From the IMG/VR virus record IMGVR_UViG_3300026848_000008, positions 1-62,005 of that record: a stretch of DNA of 62,005 bases; one strand, written 5' to 3'. The DNA is from a virus (taxonomy: Duplodnaviria > Caudoviricetes). The notes under the pieces are model-generated. The model searched no databases, was not told where the DNA came from, and saw nothing but the letters and a program-made list of their open reading frames with translations. A program made the position numbers and the translations under genes. The number at the start of each line of letters is the position of its first letter. The stretch's first letter is position 1. Of the stretch, positions 39,152 to 48,331 are shown one piece after another.

Positions 39152-41227
39152 ATGACCGCTCCCACCAAGCCCTCCGAACCCGGCGCTATCAGCACCAACC
39201 TGTTCACCCACGAAGTCAGCCACGTCGCCCGCACTATCGGACGTTCCCACGAAATCGACGTTGTGTTCGAGGGCAGCGAAGCCAAGACCAATGGCTCGAA
39301 GATCATCATGCCTGCCCTGCCAGACGACCGTGAACTGTCGAGCCAGCAGGCGCGGGCTATGCGTGGCTACGCCGACCACGAAACCTTCCACGTTCGCAAG
39401 ACGGACATGGAAGCGTGGCAGCACTTCGGCGTCACCGACAGCAAGGCACCCCACGAAACGTGGGAAGCCTTCGCCAACTGCGTCGAAGACCTGCGCATCG
39501 AGCGCCATGGCTACGCCGACTACCCCGGTGCGCAGCGCAACATCGCAGCGCTCGTGGAAATCCAGTCGGCCCAGCACTTGGACATGATCGACAAAGACCC
39601 GACGCTGCTCGACGACGAGGTCAAGGCCAGCGCCGCAGCGCTGGCCTACGAGGGTCGTCGGCGCATGGGCACGGCGGTCGATGCCTGTGAAGCCATGCTT
39701 GCGAAGCTGCCGCCCAAGGCGGTCGAGCAGGCCAAGCGATGGGCGGACGCAACCGAGTCCCTGCCCGATGGCAAGGAAGGCACCCGCCAGTCCATCAATC
39801 TGGCCCGCATGATCCTCGGCGACCTCGGCTTGGTGGACAAGCCCAAGAGCGACGAAGGCGAGGGCGAGGGCGAAGGCGAGGGCCATGGCCGTGGCCGGGG
39901 GAGCGCCGGAGCAGGCGAAGGCGGAGGCGAAGGCGAAGCCGGATGCGAAGGTGAAGGCGCGTCCGGCGAAGCCGGGGGCACCGGCGAGGGTGACAGCCTC
40001 CGCCATGGCCGTGATGGCGAGGGACGCGAGAGCAGCTTCGGCGAAGGCGGCGGCAAGGGTGCCGGGACCGGCGTGACCAAGCACGATGGGCACTTCCCCG
40101 AACCCGATGCCGAAGAGTTTCGCAAGATGCTGGCCGATCTGAAAAAGGCGCGGACCAAGACGAAGAGCGCGGGCCTCGAAACGGAACTCGGCGGCGTGGT
40201 CGAAGCCGAAGCCAAGGAAGTGGTTGGTGCCCTGTCGAGGGAGAACCTGCCCTATCTCGTGGCCAACCCGCAGAACGACGAGTGGCACACCAAGACGAAC
40301 GGCTATTTCAGTGGCCGGTTGTCCAAACCGTCCAACCTCCGCTCCTACGAGGCAAGCGTGAGGTCGGCAGCCTCCACGCTTGGCGTGATGCGGCGCAAGC
40401 TGGAGCGCATGATCCTCGCCAAGCAACGGCGCGATTGGGATGTTGCCCGTGAGGTCGGCTCGCTCGATCCCAAGCGTCTCGTGCAGGCGGCCATGGGGCA
40501 GCGCAATGTCTATCGCACCCGTGCCGACCGCGCCGAACTCGACACGGCAGTCTGCATCCTCGTCGATCTTTCCGGCTCCATGAGCGGCCACAAGGCCATA
40601 CTGGCGCAGCAGGTGGCCATTGCACTGGCGACCTGCCTCAACACCATCGGCGCTGACTTCGCCATCTATGGGTTCAGCAACACCCACGGCAAGGGCCTTG
40701 GCCGTGGGTCCGCCAAACACGTCTTGGACACCGCAGGAAATGCCATTCCGTGGGGCCGGGTCGAGCCGCTCGACATGTTTGTCTTCAAGGAATTTGGTGA
40801 AACCATGCGCGAAGCCAAGTTGTCGCTCGGGGCCATCAGCTCCACCATCGGTGGAAACAACTCGGACGCCGACGCGATCATCGAGGCATGGGGGAAACTG
40901 CGGGATCGCCCGGCCCGGCGCAAAGTGTTCATCACCCTGTCCGATGGCGAGCCTGCATGGCGCTGTCCCTTGGCGGACGTGAGTGGGAAGCCGGGGTCTT
41001 ACGGCAAGAGAACCTACATCAACGACCTCACGAAGCGGGCGGTCGAGCGCGTCATCGCAGAGGGCGGCGACATTGCCGGGGTCGGCATCCTCGACGACAG
41101 CGTCAAGGAATTTTACCCGATCTGGGCCGTGGCCCACAACCTCGACGAGTTCGCCGGGCTGGCCATGGACACGCTGGCCCGCCTGATGCTCGGAGAGCGT
41201 GCCCGCGTCTCGAAGGCGGCGGCATGA
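39152..41227 (+). CDS. CobT-like protein: HExxH domain, acidic Gly linker, vWA domain
   Basis: GYADHETFH...NCVEDLRIE; EG-rich linker; GSLDPKRL; MIDAS DLSGSM and LSDGEP. Confidence 0.88.
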   Translation: MTAPTKPSEPGAISTNLFTHEVSHVARTIGRSHEIDVVFEGSEAKTNGSKIIMPALPDDRELSSQQARAMRGYADHETFHVRKTDMEAWQHFGVTDSKAPHETWEAFANCVEDLRIERHGYADYPGAQRNIAALVEIQSAQHLDMIDKDPTLLDDEVKASAAALAYEGRRRMGTAVDACEAMLAKLPPKAVEQAKRWADATESLPDGKEGTRQSINLARMILGDLGLVDKPKSDEGEGEGEGEGHGRGRGSAGAGEGGGEGEAGCEGEGASGEAGGTGEGDSLRHGRDGEGRESSFGEGGGKGAGTGVTKHDGHFPEPDAEEFRKMLADLKKARTKTKSAGLETELGGVVEAEAKEVVGALSRENLPYLVANPQNDEWHTKTNGYFSGRLSKPSNLRSYEASVRSAASTLGVMRRKLERMILAKQRRDWDVAREVGSLDPKRLVQAAMGQRNVYRTRADRAELDTAVCILVDLSGSMSGHKAILAQQVAIALATCLNTIGADFAIYGFSNTHGKGLGRGSAKHVLDTAGNAIPWGRVEPLDMFVFKEFGETMREAKLSLGAISSTIGGNNSDADAIIEAWGKLRDRPARRKVFITLSDGEPAWRCPLADVSGKPGSYGKRTYINDLTKRAVERVIAEGGDIAGVGILDDSVKEFYPIWAVAHNLDEFAGLAMDTLARLMLGERARVSKAAA

Positions 41228-41439
41228 CCGGGGCGCAGCGAAGGGCAAGACGTGCCCCGCTGCGTCCCGAGTGGCATCGCCTCGTCGGCTACCGCCCCAT
41301 GCGGTGGTGGCTGGCCTTCGGCGCAGCCGTGAAGAGCCAGCGCATAAGGCATCGGGACACGAGGGCGCTGCGCGCCCTCGTTCCCATCATCGACGCCCGC
41401 TTCGGGCGACCCACCACAGCCAGACACAAGGAGATTTAG
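41224..41439 (+). CDS. Small basic hypothetical protein
   Basis: ATGA overlap with the vWA gene. Confidence 0.45.
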   Translation: MTGAQRRARRAPLRPEWHRLVGYRPMRWWLAFGAAVKSQRIRHRDTRALRALVPIIDARFGRPTTARHKEI

Positions 41440-41440
41440 C

Positions 41441-41968
41441 ATGGCTGACGACAACCCCTTCCGCAAAACGAACAAGAGCGAATACGAGAAACGCATGAGC
41501 GCTCTCCACGCCTCGCTCAAGAAGCTGTCCGACCACATCGAAAAGGCCGCGAATAGCGAGGGGCAGGCATTGGAACTCAAGCACGAGTTCGCCCGCGAGG
41601 CAGCCTCCTTCATGTATGGCAGCACCATGGTCGGGGACGCGCTCGATCTGCTCCACGAAATTTCGGGGCTGGCCGTCGTGAAGGGGCGCACCTGCGTCCT
41701 CCTCGTGGACCCGCAATCTCACGGCCAGCGGGAGGGCGATGATGGCCAAGCCATATCCGCAACCTGCACTATCGCCATGACCCATAGCGGCGTGGAGGAC
41801 AAGCACATCGCCGAACTCGTGGCCGACATGCGCGACCGCGTCATGGAGTGCAGCAACGACGACACCGGAAGCACCCACGCGGCCAAGGTCAGGGACGCCG
41901 AGGACGCCGTGACCAACCTCATGGCCCGCATCAAGGCGGGCGACACCACCGAAGGAGACGACAAGTGA
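41441..41968 (+). CDS. Hypothetical protein
   Basis: AAGGAG SD. Confidence 0.65.
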   Translation: MADDNPFRKTNKSEYEKRMSALHASLKKLSDHIEKAANSEGQALELKHEFAREAASFMYGSTMVGDALDLLHEISGLAVVKGRTCVLLVDPQSHGQREGDDGQAISATCTIAMTHSGVEDKHIAELVADMRDRVMECSNDDTGSTHAAKVRDAEDAVTNLMARIKAGDTTEGDDK

Positions 41969-42606
41969 ACAGCACCCCCATCTTCCCCACGTTCGAGTAT
42001 CCCGTCTCGGACCGTGAGAGCTACATGTGCAGGGCGAGCGGCCTGTGGTGGAAGGCCACCATCGTTCACCGCAACGGCAGCGTCGAGAGCGGCGACTACG
42101 GCGTGATCGTCACGGCCAAGGCGGAGGACGGACGCCTCGTGGCCTACGAGGTCAGCCCCTACATCTACCCGAGGGGGCACACCTCCACGGCCTCCCTGCT
42201 CTCCCGGCAGGCCAACAGCATGGCGTCCCGAGCGGCAGCCGCCGCCCTTCGGCGGGCCGAGGAAGGCTCCTACCTGCGCATCCGGCAGGATGCCCTCGGC
42301 TTTGTGGGGGACCGCCCCACCTACGAGGACACGCAGAGGCCGGGCTTCGGCGCACCGCAGCAGCAGCACCGCTCCGTCTTCGGGCGTCCCCGCACCCCCG
42401 AACGGAGCGTGTTTAGCCGTGGCCCCGGCCCGTCGCACGGGGCCGACCAGCCCCGCCGGTCCATCTTCAACCGTAGCCGCAGCGGCTACGGTGGCTACAC
42501 GGCAGCCCCGGCCAAGCCGAAGGCCACGCTCGACACGGACGCAGGCAAGACCATCGAGCGCGAAGCGGCCACCATCAAGACCACCACCAAAGGAGACGAC
42601 AAGTGA
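41965..42606 (+). CDS. Hypothetical protein with low-complexity C-terminal RS(V/I)F repeats
   Basis: GTGA overlap, AAGGAG SD. Confidence 0.65.
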   Translation: MNSTPIFPTFEYPVSDRESYMCRASGLWWKATIVHRNGSVESGDYGVIVTAKAEDGRLVAYEVSPYIYPRGHTSTASLLSRQANSMASRAAAAALRRAEEGSYLRIRQDALGFVGDRPTYEDTQRPGFGAPQQQHRSVFGRPRTPERSVFSRGPGPSHGADQPRRSIFNRSRSGYGGYTAAPAKPKATLDTDAGKTIEREAATIKTTTKGDDK

Positions 42607-43118
42607 GTAATGAACGCAACGCAGCCCCCGAAATCAAGCCGGGCGTCGGCTACGCCCACTTCTCGGAGGGAACCAGCCAAGACGACGGCCTGATCCGCCG
42701 TGCCAAGGCCATGCTGGCCAAGGTGGAGGGAGAAGTGCCGGGCGTGGCCAAGGTTGTCGAGGGGCTGGGCGAAATGCCCAGCGAAATGGTCCCTGACTTC
42801 GTCGAACTGCTGGCCCTCATTGGCAACAGCTCGGTCCGCCAGAACATGCAAATCATGCGCCTTAACGAGAGGGCCTGCGAGGAAAGCGGCAGGGCGACCG
42901 CCATCCTCATGGTCCCGGCGGGCAGATTTGGCGGGCACGAGGGCGTGGTCATGATGGGCGTCGGGATTCAGGGCGAACCCGTCACCGAGGGGGATCGCGT
43001 CTTGGCGGACGAAATCACCGCCTGCAACGAGGCGCTGCTTGCCGTCGCCTTGAAGGCCCGTGATGCGGCCCTCAACAAAGACAACGAGGGCAACGAAGGC
43101 AAGGGAGACGAAGCATGA
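42603..43118 (+). CDS. Hypothetical protein
   Basis: GTGA overlap, AAGGAG SD. Confidence 0.65.
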   Translation: MSNERNAAPEIKPGVGYAHFSEGTSQDDGLIRRAKAMLAKVEGEVPGVAKVVEGLGEMPSEMVPDFVELLALIGNSSVRQNMQIMRLNERACEESGRATAILMVPAGRFGGHEGVVMMGVGIQGEPVTEGDRVLADEITACNEALLAVALKARDAALNKDNEGNEGKGDEA

Positions 43119-43888
43119 GCAAGTGGGACAAGGACTTGGACGACGCGGACAGGGGCACCGTTGTTGCCCTTCTCGCTCGCCTCAACGGCAACCGGGCCAA
43201 CGGGGATGACATGATTACGCCGCTGTGCGCCATCGACCTCAACCTGCGTGAATGGCTGGACGAGGACGACGCCAGACAGGCTGCCACCGACGCCCTTCCC
43301 GCCACCCGCTACGCCACCGAAATTCTCGCGCGGACCATGTGGGAGGGAGTCGGCATGGCCCTGCTTGGCAGGGACATGACCTGCGGACAGCCGGGCTGCA
43401 CGTCTTGCAGCAACCCGAGGGGGATGCTCGAACGTATCTCCTATGCCCGCGCCTTGTGGCGCAGGTGGCGGCAGGCCAAGGCCATGCAGAAGGCCATTGC
43501 GCTGGCGCATAATGGCCAATCCGAACTGCAAAACCTGCTGCTGCTCAACAGCGCCGTGGCGACGCTGACTTCGCCGATCCTCATGCCCCTCCTGCATGGC
43601 GGCGCGATCTTCCAGCACTTGCAGCACGAGGTGGCGCAGCGTGAGGCGAGGACGGGCAAGAAGGAGGCGATGGTTTCTGTCGTCGCAAAACATGGCTTGA
43701 GCGCACTCAAGTCTATCGCGTGGGAAGACGTTGAGGCCGAGGCCAAGGCGAACCCCAAGGGTATCTGCGCGACCATGGTGAAGGCGTGCGAGGAAATGGG
43801 CGGCCCGCGCGAAGCAAGCGGGGAACCGCAGCAAACCGACCGGGATGCGCGCCTGTCCGCAAGCATGACGGTCGCCGGACGCGCCTGA
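43115..43888 (+). CDS. Hypothetical protein with Cys cluster (CGQPGCTSC)
   Basis: ATGA overlap, GGGAG SD. Confidence 0.65.
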   Translation: MSKWDKDLDDADRGTVVALLARLNGNRANGDDMITPLCAIDLNLREWLDEDDARQAATDALPATRYATEILARTMWEGVGMALLGRDMTCGQPGCTSCSNPRGMLERISYARALWRRWRQAKAMQKAIALAHNGQSELQNLLLLNSAVATLTSPILMPLLHGGAIFQHLQHEVAQREARTGKKEAMVSVVAKHGLSALKSIAWEDVEAEAKANPKGICATMVKACEEMGGPREASGEPQQTDRDARLSASMTVAGRA

Positions 43889-43890
43889 CA

Positions 43891-43930
43891 ACCACAGCCA
43901 CCACCACCCGGCGGGTGGTGGTGGTTCACC
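43891..43930 (+). repeat. 40-bp palindromic element (also at 22241-22280, minus strand)
   Basis: 39/40 identity to the reverse complement of 22241-22280. Confidence 0.9.
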
Positions 43931-43944
43931 ACAGGAGAATGAAC

Positions 43945-44133
43945 ATGAGCACGAACATAGGCAAGCCCAAGCCCAAGACCAAGACGAGGAAGCCCCGCAA
44001 CATCACGGTGGATGCGGAGGTGCAGGAACTTGTCTCGCGGCAGCAGGACAAGCTCGAAGGGGTCTTCGGGTTTCGCCCGACTATCTCGCAGACGCTCCGC
44101 TACATGCTGAAAAACACGGGAGACAAGGCGTGA
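43945..44133 (+). CDS. Small ribbon-helix-helix-like DNA-binding protein
   Basis: KPRNITVDAEVQELV...PTISQTLRYML pattern. Confidence 0.5.
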   Translation: MSTNIGKPKPKTKTRKPRNITVDAEVQELVSRQQDKLEGVFGFRPTISQTLRYMLKNTGDKA

Positions 44134-44813
44134 CGCACATGGAGACTTGGCACGAGGACGGGCGCGTCTTCGTGGTCGGTGACGTGCATGGCTGTTACGA
44201 CATGCTCATGGAACAACTGGATGCGGCGGGGTTCGACCCCGCCGCAGGCGACCACCTGTATTCGCTGGGCGATCTGGTGGACCGGGGGCCGGACAGTCGG
44301 CGCGTCTTGGAGTTGCTCGACGAGCCATGGTTCGATGCAGTCATGGGCAACCACGAGCACATGATGATCGAGGCGTGGCAGGGCGATCCCGAGGCGGGCC
44401 GGTTGCACGTTCGCAACGGCGGTCAGTGGTTCGGGGACGAAACGGATGACCAACGCCGTAGGCTGGCCATGCTGGCGCTGCACCTGCCGATTGCCCGGAC
44501 CGTCCACTCGCCGAGTGGACGCAGCTACGGCTTGGTCCATGCCGACCTGTGGGGTCTCGACTGGCGACGCTTCATTCGCGATCTGGAGGGTGGTGGCCGG
44601 GAGGCCAAGGCCATCCGTAATTTTGCCATGTGGAGCAGGGACACCTTCGGGGCCATGACGCGGGGCGACAGCATCCTGCCGGTTGCTGGCGTGGACACGG
44701 TCATGATGGGGCACAACGCCCTCAAGACGCCGGTGAGCCGGGCCAATCTGGTGTGGATGGACACGGGCGCAGGGTTCAGAGGCGGAAAGCTGACGATAGT
44801 CGAGTTGGACTAG
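44130..44813 (+). CDS. Ser/Thr protein phosphatase (lambda NinI/PrpA-like metallophosphoesterase)
   Basis: GDVHG, GDLVDRGP, GNHE, GH and DTG motifs. Confidence 0.93.
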   Translation: MTHMETWHEDGRVFVVGDVHGCYDMLMEQLDAAGFDPAAGDHLYSLGDLVDRGPDSRRVLELLDEPWFDAVMGNHEHMMIEAWQGDPEAGRLHVRNGGQWFGDETDDQRRRLAMLALHLPIARTVHSPSGRSYGLVHADLWGLDWRRFIRDLEGGGREAKAIRNFAMWSRDTFGAMTRGDSILPVAGVDTVMMGHNALKTPVSRANLVWMDTGAGFRGGKLTIVELD

Positions 44814-44886
44814 GGTCTGTTCTAGGATGGCTCAAGGGTGTATCACTAATGTTACAGGAGATAGGTGACTCACGGAGGATTATGGC

Positions 44887-45348
44887 ATGAACAATACGGA
44901 AACTATCACGGAACTGCGCGTCGATTTCGCGCGTCTTGAGGGGCGCGTCGATGCGATGGAGCGCATCCTCGGCAATGTCTGCGAGGTCGTGGCAAAGGCT
45001 GGCAACCACGGGCCATTGCCGCGCATGACCACGAAGCAACACGCCGCACTCCAGATGTTGTTGAGGGGTGCGAGCAACGCCGAGATTGCCGAGCGGTTCG
45101 GCGTGACCATCAACACGGCCAAGGTCTATGTGCGGAGCCTCTTCTCCAAGTTTGGTGTGAACAACCGGGCCAGCGTCGTGGCCAAAGCCAAGATGGCCTT
45201 CGAGGCCATGCCCGCCAGCGAGTATATACGGTGGAGCGGGGGCCTGCCCAAGACTTGGGATCGGGACTGGAGCGCGCCCGACGCATACAAGGCGCTCTAC
45301 CACCACAGCTTGAACGCAGACGATGGAGAATGTGAGGATGGGACTTAA
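44887..45348 (+). CDS. LuxR-type HTH regulator
   Basis: MTTKQHAALQMLLRGASNAEIAERFGVTINTAKVYVRSLFSKFGV. Confidence 0.88.
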   Translation: MNNTETITELRVDFARLEGRVDAMERILGNVCEVVAKAGNHGPLPRMTTKQHAALQMLLRGASNAEIAERFGVTINTAKVYVRSLFSKFGVNNRASVVAKAKMAFEAMPASEYIRWSGGLPKTWDRDWSAPDAYKALYHHSLNADDGECEDGT

Positions 45349-46354
45349 TCTCAAGAGGGACAAACGCGGCGTCTGGCACGCCGACGGCTACCTGCGGGGC
45401 CAGCGGGTGCGGCGAAGCATGATGACCAAGGTGAAGGCCGTTGCCGCCGAGAAGGCGGAGGCCATGGAAATGTCGGTGGCGCGTGGCCTGCCCCTGTTCT
45501 CCAAGTTTCCGAGGGCCACGGTGGAGGCAGCCTGCGATCTGTATGAGCGCCACAAGAACTTGAGTTGGGGCAGCCTGTCTGACGTGCGGTTGTTCAGCCG
45601 CAGTCTTGGGGCTGTGCGCCTGCGCGATCTGACGGGAGCCATGCTGCTCGACTTCGTGGACCGGGAGAAGGCAGGCTGCAAGGACAGCACCAAGCGCAAG
45701 GCGCTCACCATGGCCATGGCGGTGGTGAACCATGCGGCGGAGCGTGGCTGGTGCGATCCCATTGCCGTGCGTAAGCCTGCTGACAACGGGAGCCGGAGCC
45801 GGTGGCTGACCACGGCGGAGCTTGATGCGTTCCTGCTCAAGGCCCCCGAGTATCTGTGGCCCGCCTTCGTGTTTCTGGCCATGACCGGGGCGCGGGCAGG
45901 CGAGTGCGTGGCGCTCGACTGGAGCCATCTGTGGCAGGATACGGACGGCCAGTGGCACGCGCGCCTGTGGACCCGGAAGGGGAAGGGCATCATGCGGGAG
46001 CGGAGTGTTCCGCTCAATCCGAGGGCGGTCGGCGCGCTGGCCGAGGCCGCGCGCCTCAACCGGCAGGGCGGTGTGCCCATGGAGAAGCGCCGGGGGCCGG
46101 TGTTTCGGAATGTGTATGGAAGCAGGCTGCGCGTGGGCATCCTGTCGTCCAAGGTGAAGGGCATTGCCGAGGCGGCGGGCCTCGAAGACGTGAGGCTGCA
46201 CGATCTGCGGCGCACCTTTGCGAGCACCCTTGTCCAGAGGGGTGTCCCGCTCAACCTCGTGGCCGAACTGCTGGGTCATAGCGGGTTGGGGCAGGTATCT
46301 GCCTATGCGCACCTTGCGCCGAGCGCGAAAAGCACGGCTGTCCTCGCCATTTGA
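45338..46354 (+). CDS. Tyrosine recombinase (second, internal)
   Basis: TGARAGE, HDLRR, LLGH, SAYAH catalytic motifs intact. Confidence 0.92.
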   Translation: MGLNLKRDKRGVWHADGYLRGQRVRRSMMTKVKAVAAEKAEAMEMSVARGLPLFSKFPRATVEAACDLYERHKNLSWGSLSDVRLFSRSLGAVRLRDLTGAMLLDFVDREKAGCKDSTKRKALTMAMAVVNHAAERGWCDPIAVRKPADNGSRSRWLTTAELDAFLLKAPEYLWPAFVFLAMTGARAGECVALDWSHLWQDTDGQWHARLWTRKGKGIMRERSVPLNPRAVGALAEAARLNRQGGVPMEKRRGPVFRNVYGSRLRVGILSSKVKGIAEAAGLEDVRLHDLRRTFASTLVQRGVPLNLVAELLGHSGLGQVSAYAHLAPSAKSTAVLAI

Positions 46355-46473
46355 GGTGAGGGGCTTGACGATTTGCAAATAATTTTTGGGCAGGGGTCTT
46401 GTCTCACTTGTGCGACTCGGGCATGGGTGTTGTTCGGGTGTTGGAGAGACACCCCCGGCTTGAAAGGGGTGCA

Positions 46474-46680
46474 ATGAACGAGGATTATCGCAGGATCGTG
46501 GATGAACTGGCGGCCATGAGCGGGCGCATCGCGGCGCTGGCCGGGACCGTGCCGGTCGGCACGTTCATTGGGGATGCGCTGGTCGATCTGGCTGACAGTG
46601 TGCGGTCGCAGGTCGAGGAAATGCAGGTGGCGCTTGCGGCCATCGACTGGTCGGCGGTCACGGGCTGGGCCGAAGAGTAA
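46474..46680 (+). CDS. Hypothetical protein
   Basis: AAAGGGG SD; TTGACG upstream near 46365. Confidence 0.55.
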   Translation: MNEDYRRIVDELAAMSGRIAALAGTVPVGTFIGDALVDLADSVRSQVEEMQVALAAIDWSAVTGWAEE

Positions 46681-46684
46681 GTTG

Positions 46685-46699
46685 GAACACAAGGAGAAC
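46685..46699 (+). promoter_or_regulatory. LexA box overlapping RBS
   Basis: GAAC-acaagga-GAAC. Confidence 0.55.
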
Positions 46700-46703
46700 G
46701 AAG

Positions 46704-47009
46704 GTGAGTGACGCGAGTAACGTGATTGTCGATGAAGAGGCTATTGCCGATGTTGTGCAGGATGGTGAGGCGTTCGAGGCAGCGCCCGTGAAGGTGACGG
46801 AAGGCGAGCCGAAGGTGCAGGCCGTGCCGCTCTTGCAGGTCTTTGCGCTGGTCGGCGAAGATCAGCAGGTGCTCGACCTGCGCTTCGAGTGGGGCAGCGC
46901 CGTGCCGGGTCCGGCTGTGGGCGCGCGGACGCTCAACGAAATCAGGACGCGCCTCGATGATGTTGCCGTGACCAGCGAAATGGTTGCCCGCCTGATGGTG
47001 CGCGGCTGA
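46704..47009 (+). CDS. Hypothetical acidic protein
   Basis: AAGGAG SD. Confidence 0.6.
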   Translation: MSDASNVIVDEEAIADVVQDGEAFEAAPVKVTEGEPKVQAVPLLQVFALVGEDQQVLDLRFEWGSAVPGPAVGARTLNEIRTRLDDVAVTSEMVARLMVRG

Positions 47010-47047
47010 CAGTTTTCCCGACGGGTATCAGTGACCGTTGGGTAGGG

Positions 47048-47080
47048 GCGGGGTCGGCTGAAAGGTCGGCCCCGTTTTCG
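47048..47080 (+). terminator. Intrinsic terminator-like hairpin
   Basis: GCGGGGTCGGCT-GAA-AGGTCGGCCCCGT followed by TTTCG. Confidence 0.55.
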
Positions 47081-47101
47081 TTCCACCACAGGAGATTTGG
47101 C

Positions 47102-47347
47102 ATGGGCCATTGGAATTACAGGGTGTTGCACCACCACTCGGCGAGTGGTGCCTTCGAGCCGTATTATGCGTTGCACGAGGTGTTCTATGGGGATGATGGG
47201 AAGCCCAACGGGTTTACCGAGCATCCGATTGATTTTGTTGCGGACGATAGCGAGGGGGCCGACAGGATCGAGAGGGGTCTTGGCTTGGCCTTGAGTGATG
47301 TGAAGCATCGCAGCGTCTTGAAGGTGGTCGATGGGAGGTTCGTATGA
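47102..47347 (+). CDS. Hypothetical phage protein
   Basis: CCACCACAGGAG RBS; WNYRV...LHEVFY pattern. Confidence 0.7.
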   Translation: MGHWNYRVLHHHSASGAFEPYYALHEVFYGDDGKPNGFTEHPIDFVADDSEGADRIERGLGLALSDVKHRSVLKVVDGRFV

Positions 47348-47757
47348 CGAACATCGTGCCGCCGCCCAAGGGCGTCTGGGGTGAGCGCGAGGGAATCATG
47401 GAAGACCACCGGAAGTGGGAGCGTCAGCAGGCGGAAGAGGCCCAGCGCATCTTTGATATGTATCTGGAAAGCGCGAAGACGGGAAAGCCTTTGGAGTGGG
47501 CCAAGGCACCTTTCGGCGGCGAGCCGCCTGAACACCTCGACTCCTATCCCGTGGACGACCGGGAGCGTCGTGGCAGGGGGCTGAACAAGGAGGAAGCCGA
47601 GGGCCTTGAGGTTGTGCTGGAGGCCGAGAAGAGGGTCGCGGAGGCCGAGGCGCAGCGCGACGAACTGGCGGTCAAGTTGGGGGAGGCGCTCGCCCGGATT
47701 GCCGTCTTGGAGAAGGCCGTCTTGGAGAAGGAGCTGGGGGAGAAGGACCATGATTGA
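47344..47757 (+). CDS. Hypothetical coiled-coil protein
   Basis: ATGA overlap, GGAGG SD. Confidence 0.6.
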   Translation: MTNIVPPPKGVWGEREGIMEDHRKWERQQAEEAQRIFDMYLESAKTGKPLEWAKAPFGGEPPEHLDSYPVDDRERRGRGLNKEEAEGLEVVLEAEKRVAEAEAQRDELAVKLGEALARIAVLEKAVLEKELGEKDHD

Positions 47758-48301
47758 GGTGGAGCGAAAGAAATTTGCGGAGGCAGATTGGAGGGGTTCC
47801 GGCGGGCCATGGGATAGTGAGCCGGACCTCGTCTCGTGGATCAGCGGGGAGGGGTATTGGTGCCTTGCCCGCCGAGACCCCATGTCGGGCGTCTGGCTGG
47901 GCTACATCGCCGTCCCCAAGGGCCATCCGTGGGATGGGGCGGAGGACGAGTATGACCCCCGGCTGCGGGACATCTGTATTCATGGCGGCGTGACCTATAT
48001 GAGCAGACGGATGCCTGCGGCAGAGGGAAACGCATGGCCCGTCGATTTGGAGGGGACTGTGCTCGGGTTCGATTGTTCCCATGCGGCGGACATGGTCCCT
48101 GCGTGGCACGAGGGTATGCGTAAAATTTTTGGGGGGGCGACGTATCGAAACATCGAATTTGTTGAGGGGCAATTGAAGGAATTGTCCCGGCAGGCCGGGG
48201 AGGCGGCTGTTGCGGCGAGGCGCGCGCGCCTGTTGGAGTTGCTGGATCGGAGGACGTTTGACCTGCTCGGCGGGGTGTTGGCCGGAGTGAGCGGGAAGTA
48301 G
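47750..48301 (+). CDS. Hypothetical phage protein
   Basis: GYIAVPKGHPW, HGGVTY, GFDCSH motifs. Confidence 0.7.
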   Translation: MIEVERKKFAEADWRGSGGPWDSEPDLVSWISGEGYWCLARRDPMSGVWLGYIAVPKGHPWDGAEDEYDPRLRDICIHGGVTYMSRRMPAAEGNAWPVDLEGTVLGFDCSHAADMVPAWHEGMRKIFGGATYRNIEFVEGQLKELSRQAGEAAVAARRARLLELLDRRTFDLLGGVLAGVSGK

Positions 48302-48331
48302 GTTTTTGTTTTTTCACCACAGGAGAATGAA

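Noticed and set aside
36880-41227. cobS/cobT as cobalamin biosynthesis auxiliary genes
   Set aside because: No cobN or pathway genes, and both proteins have extra domains; better treated as a MoxR-vWA pair.
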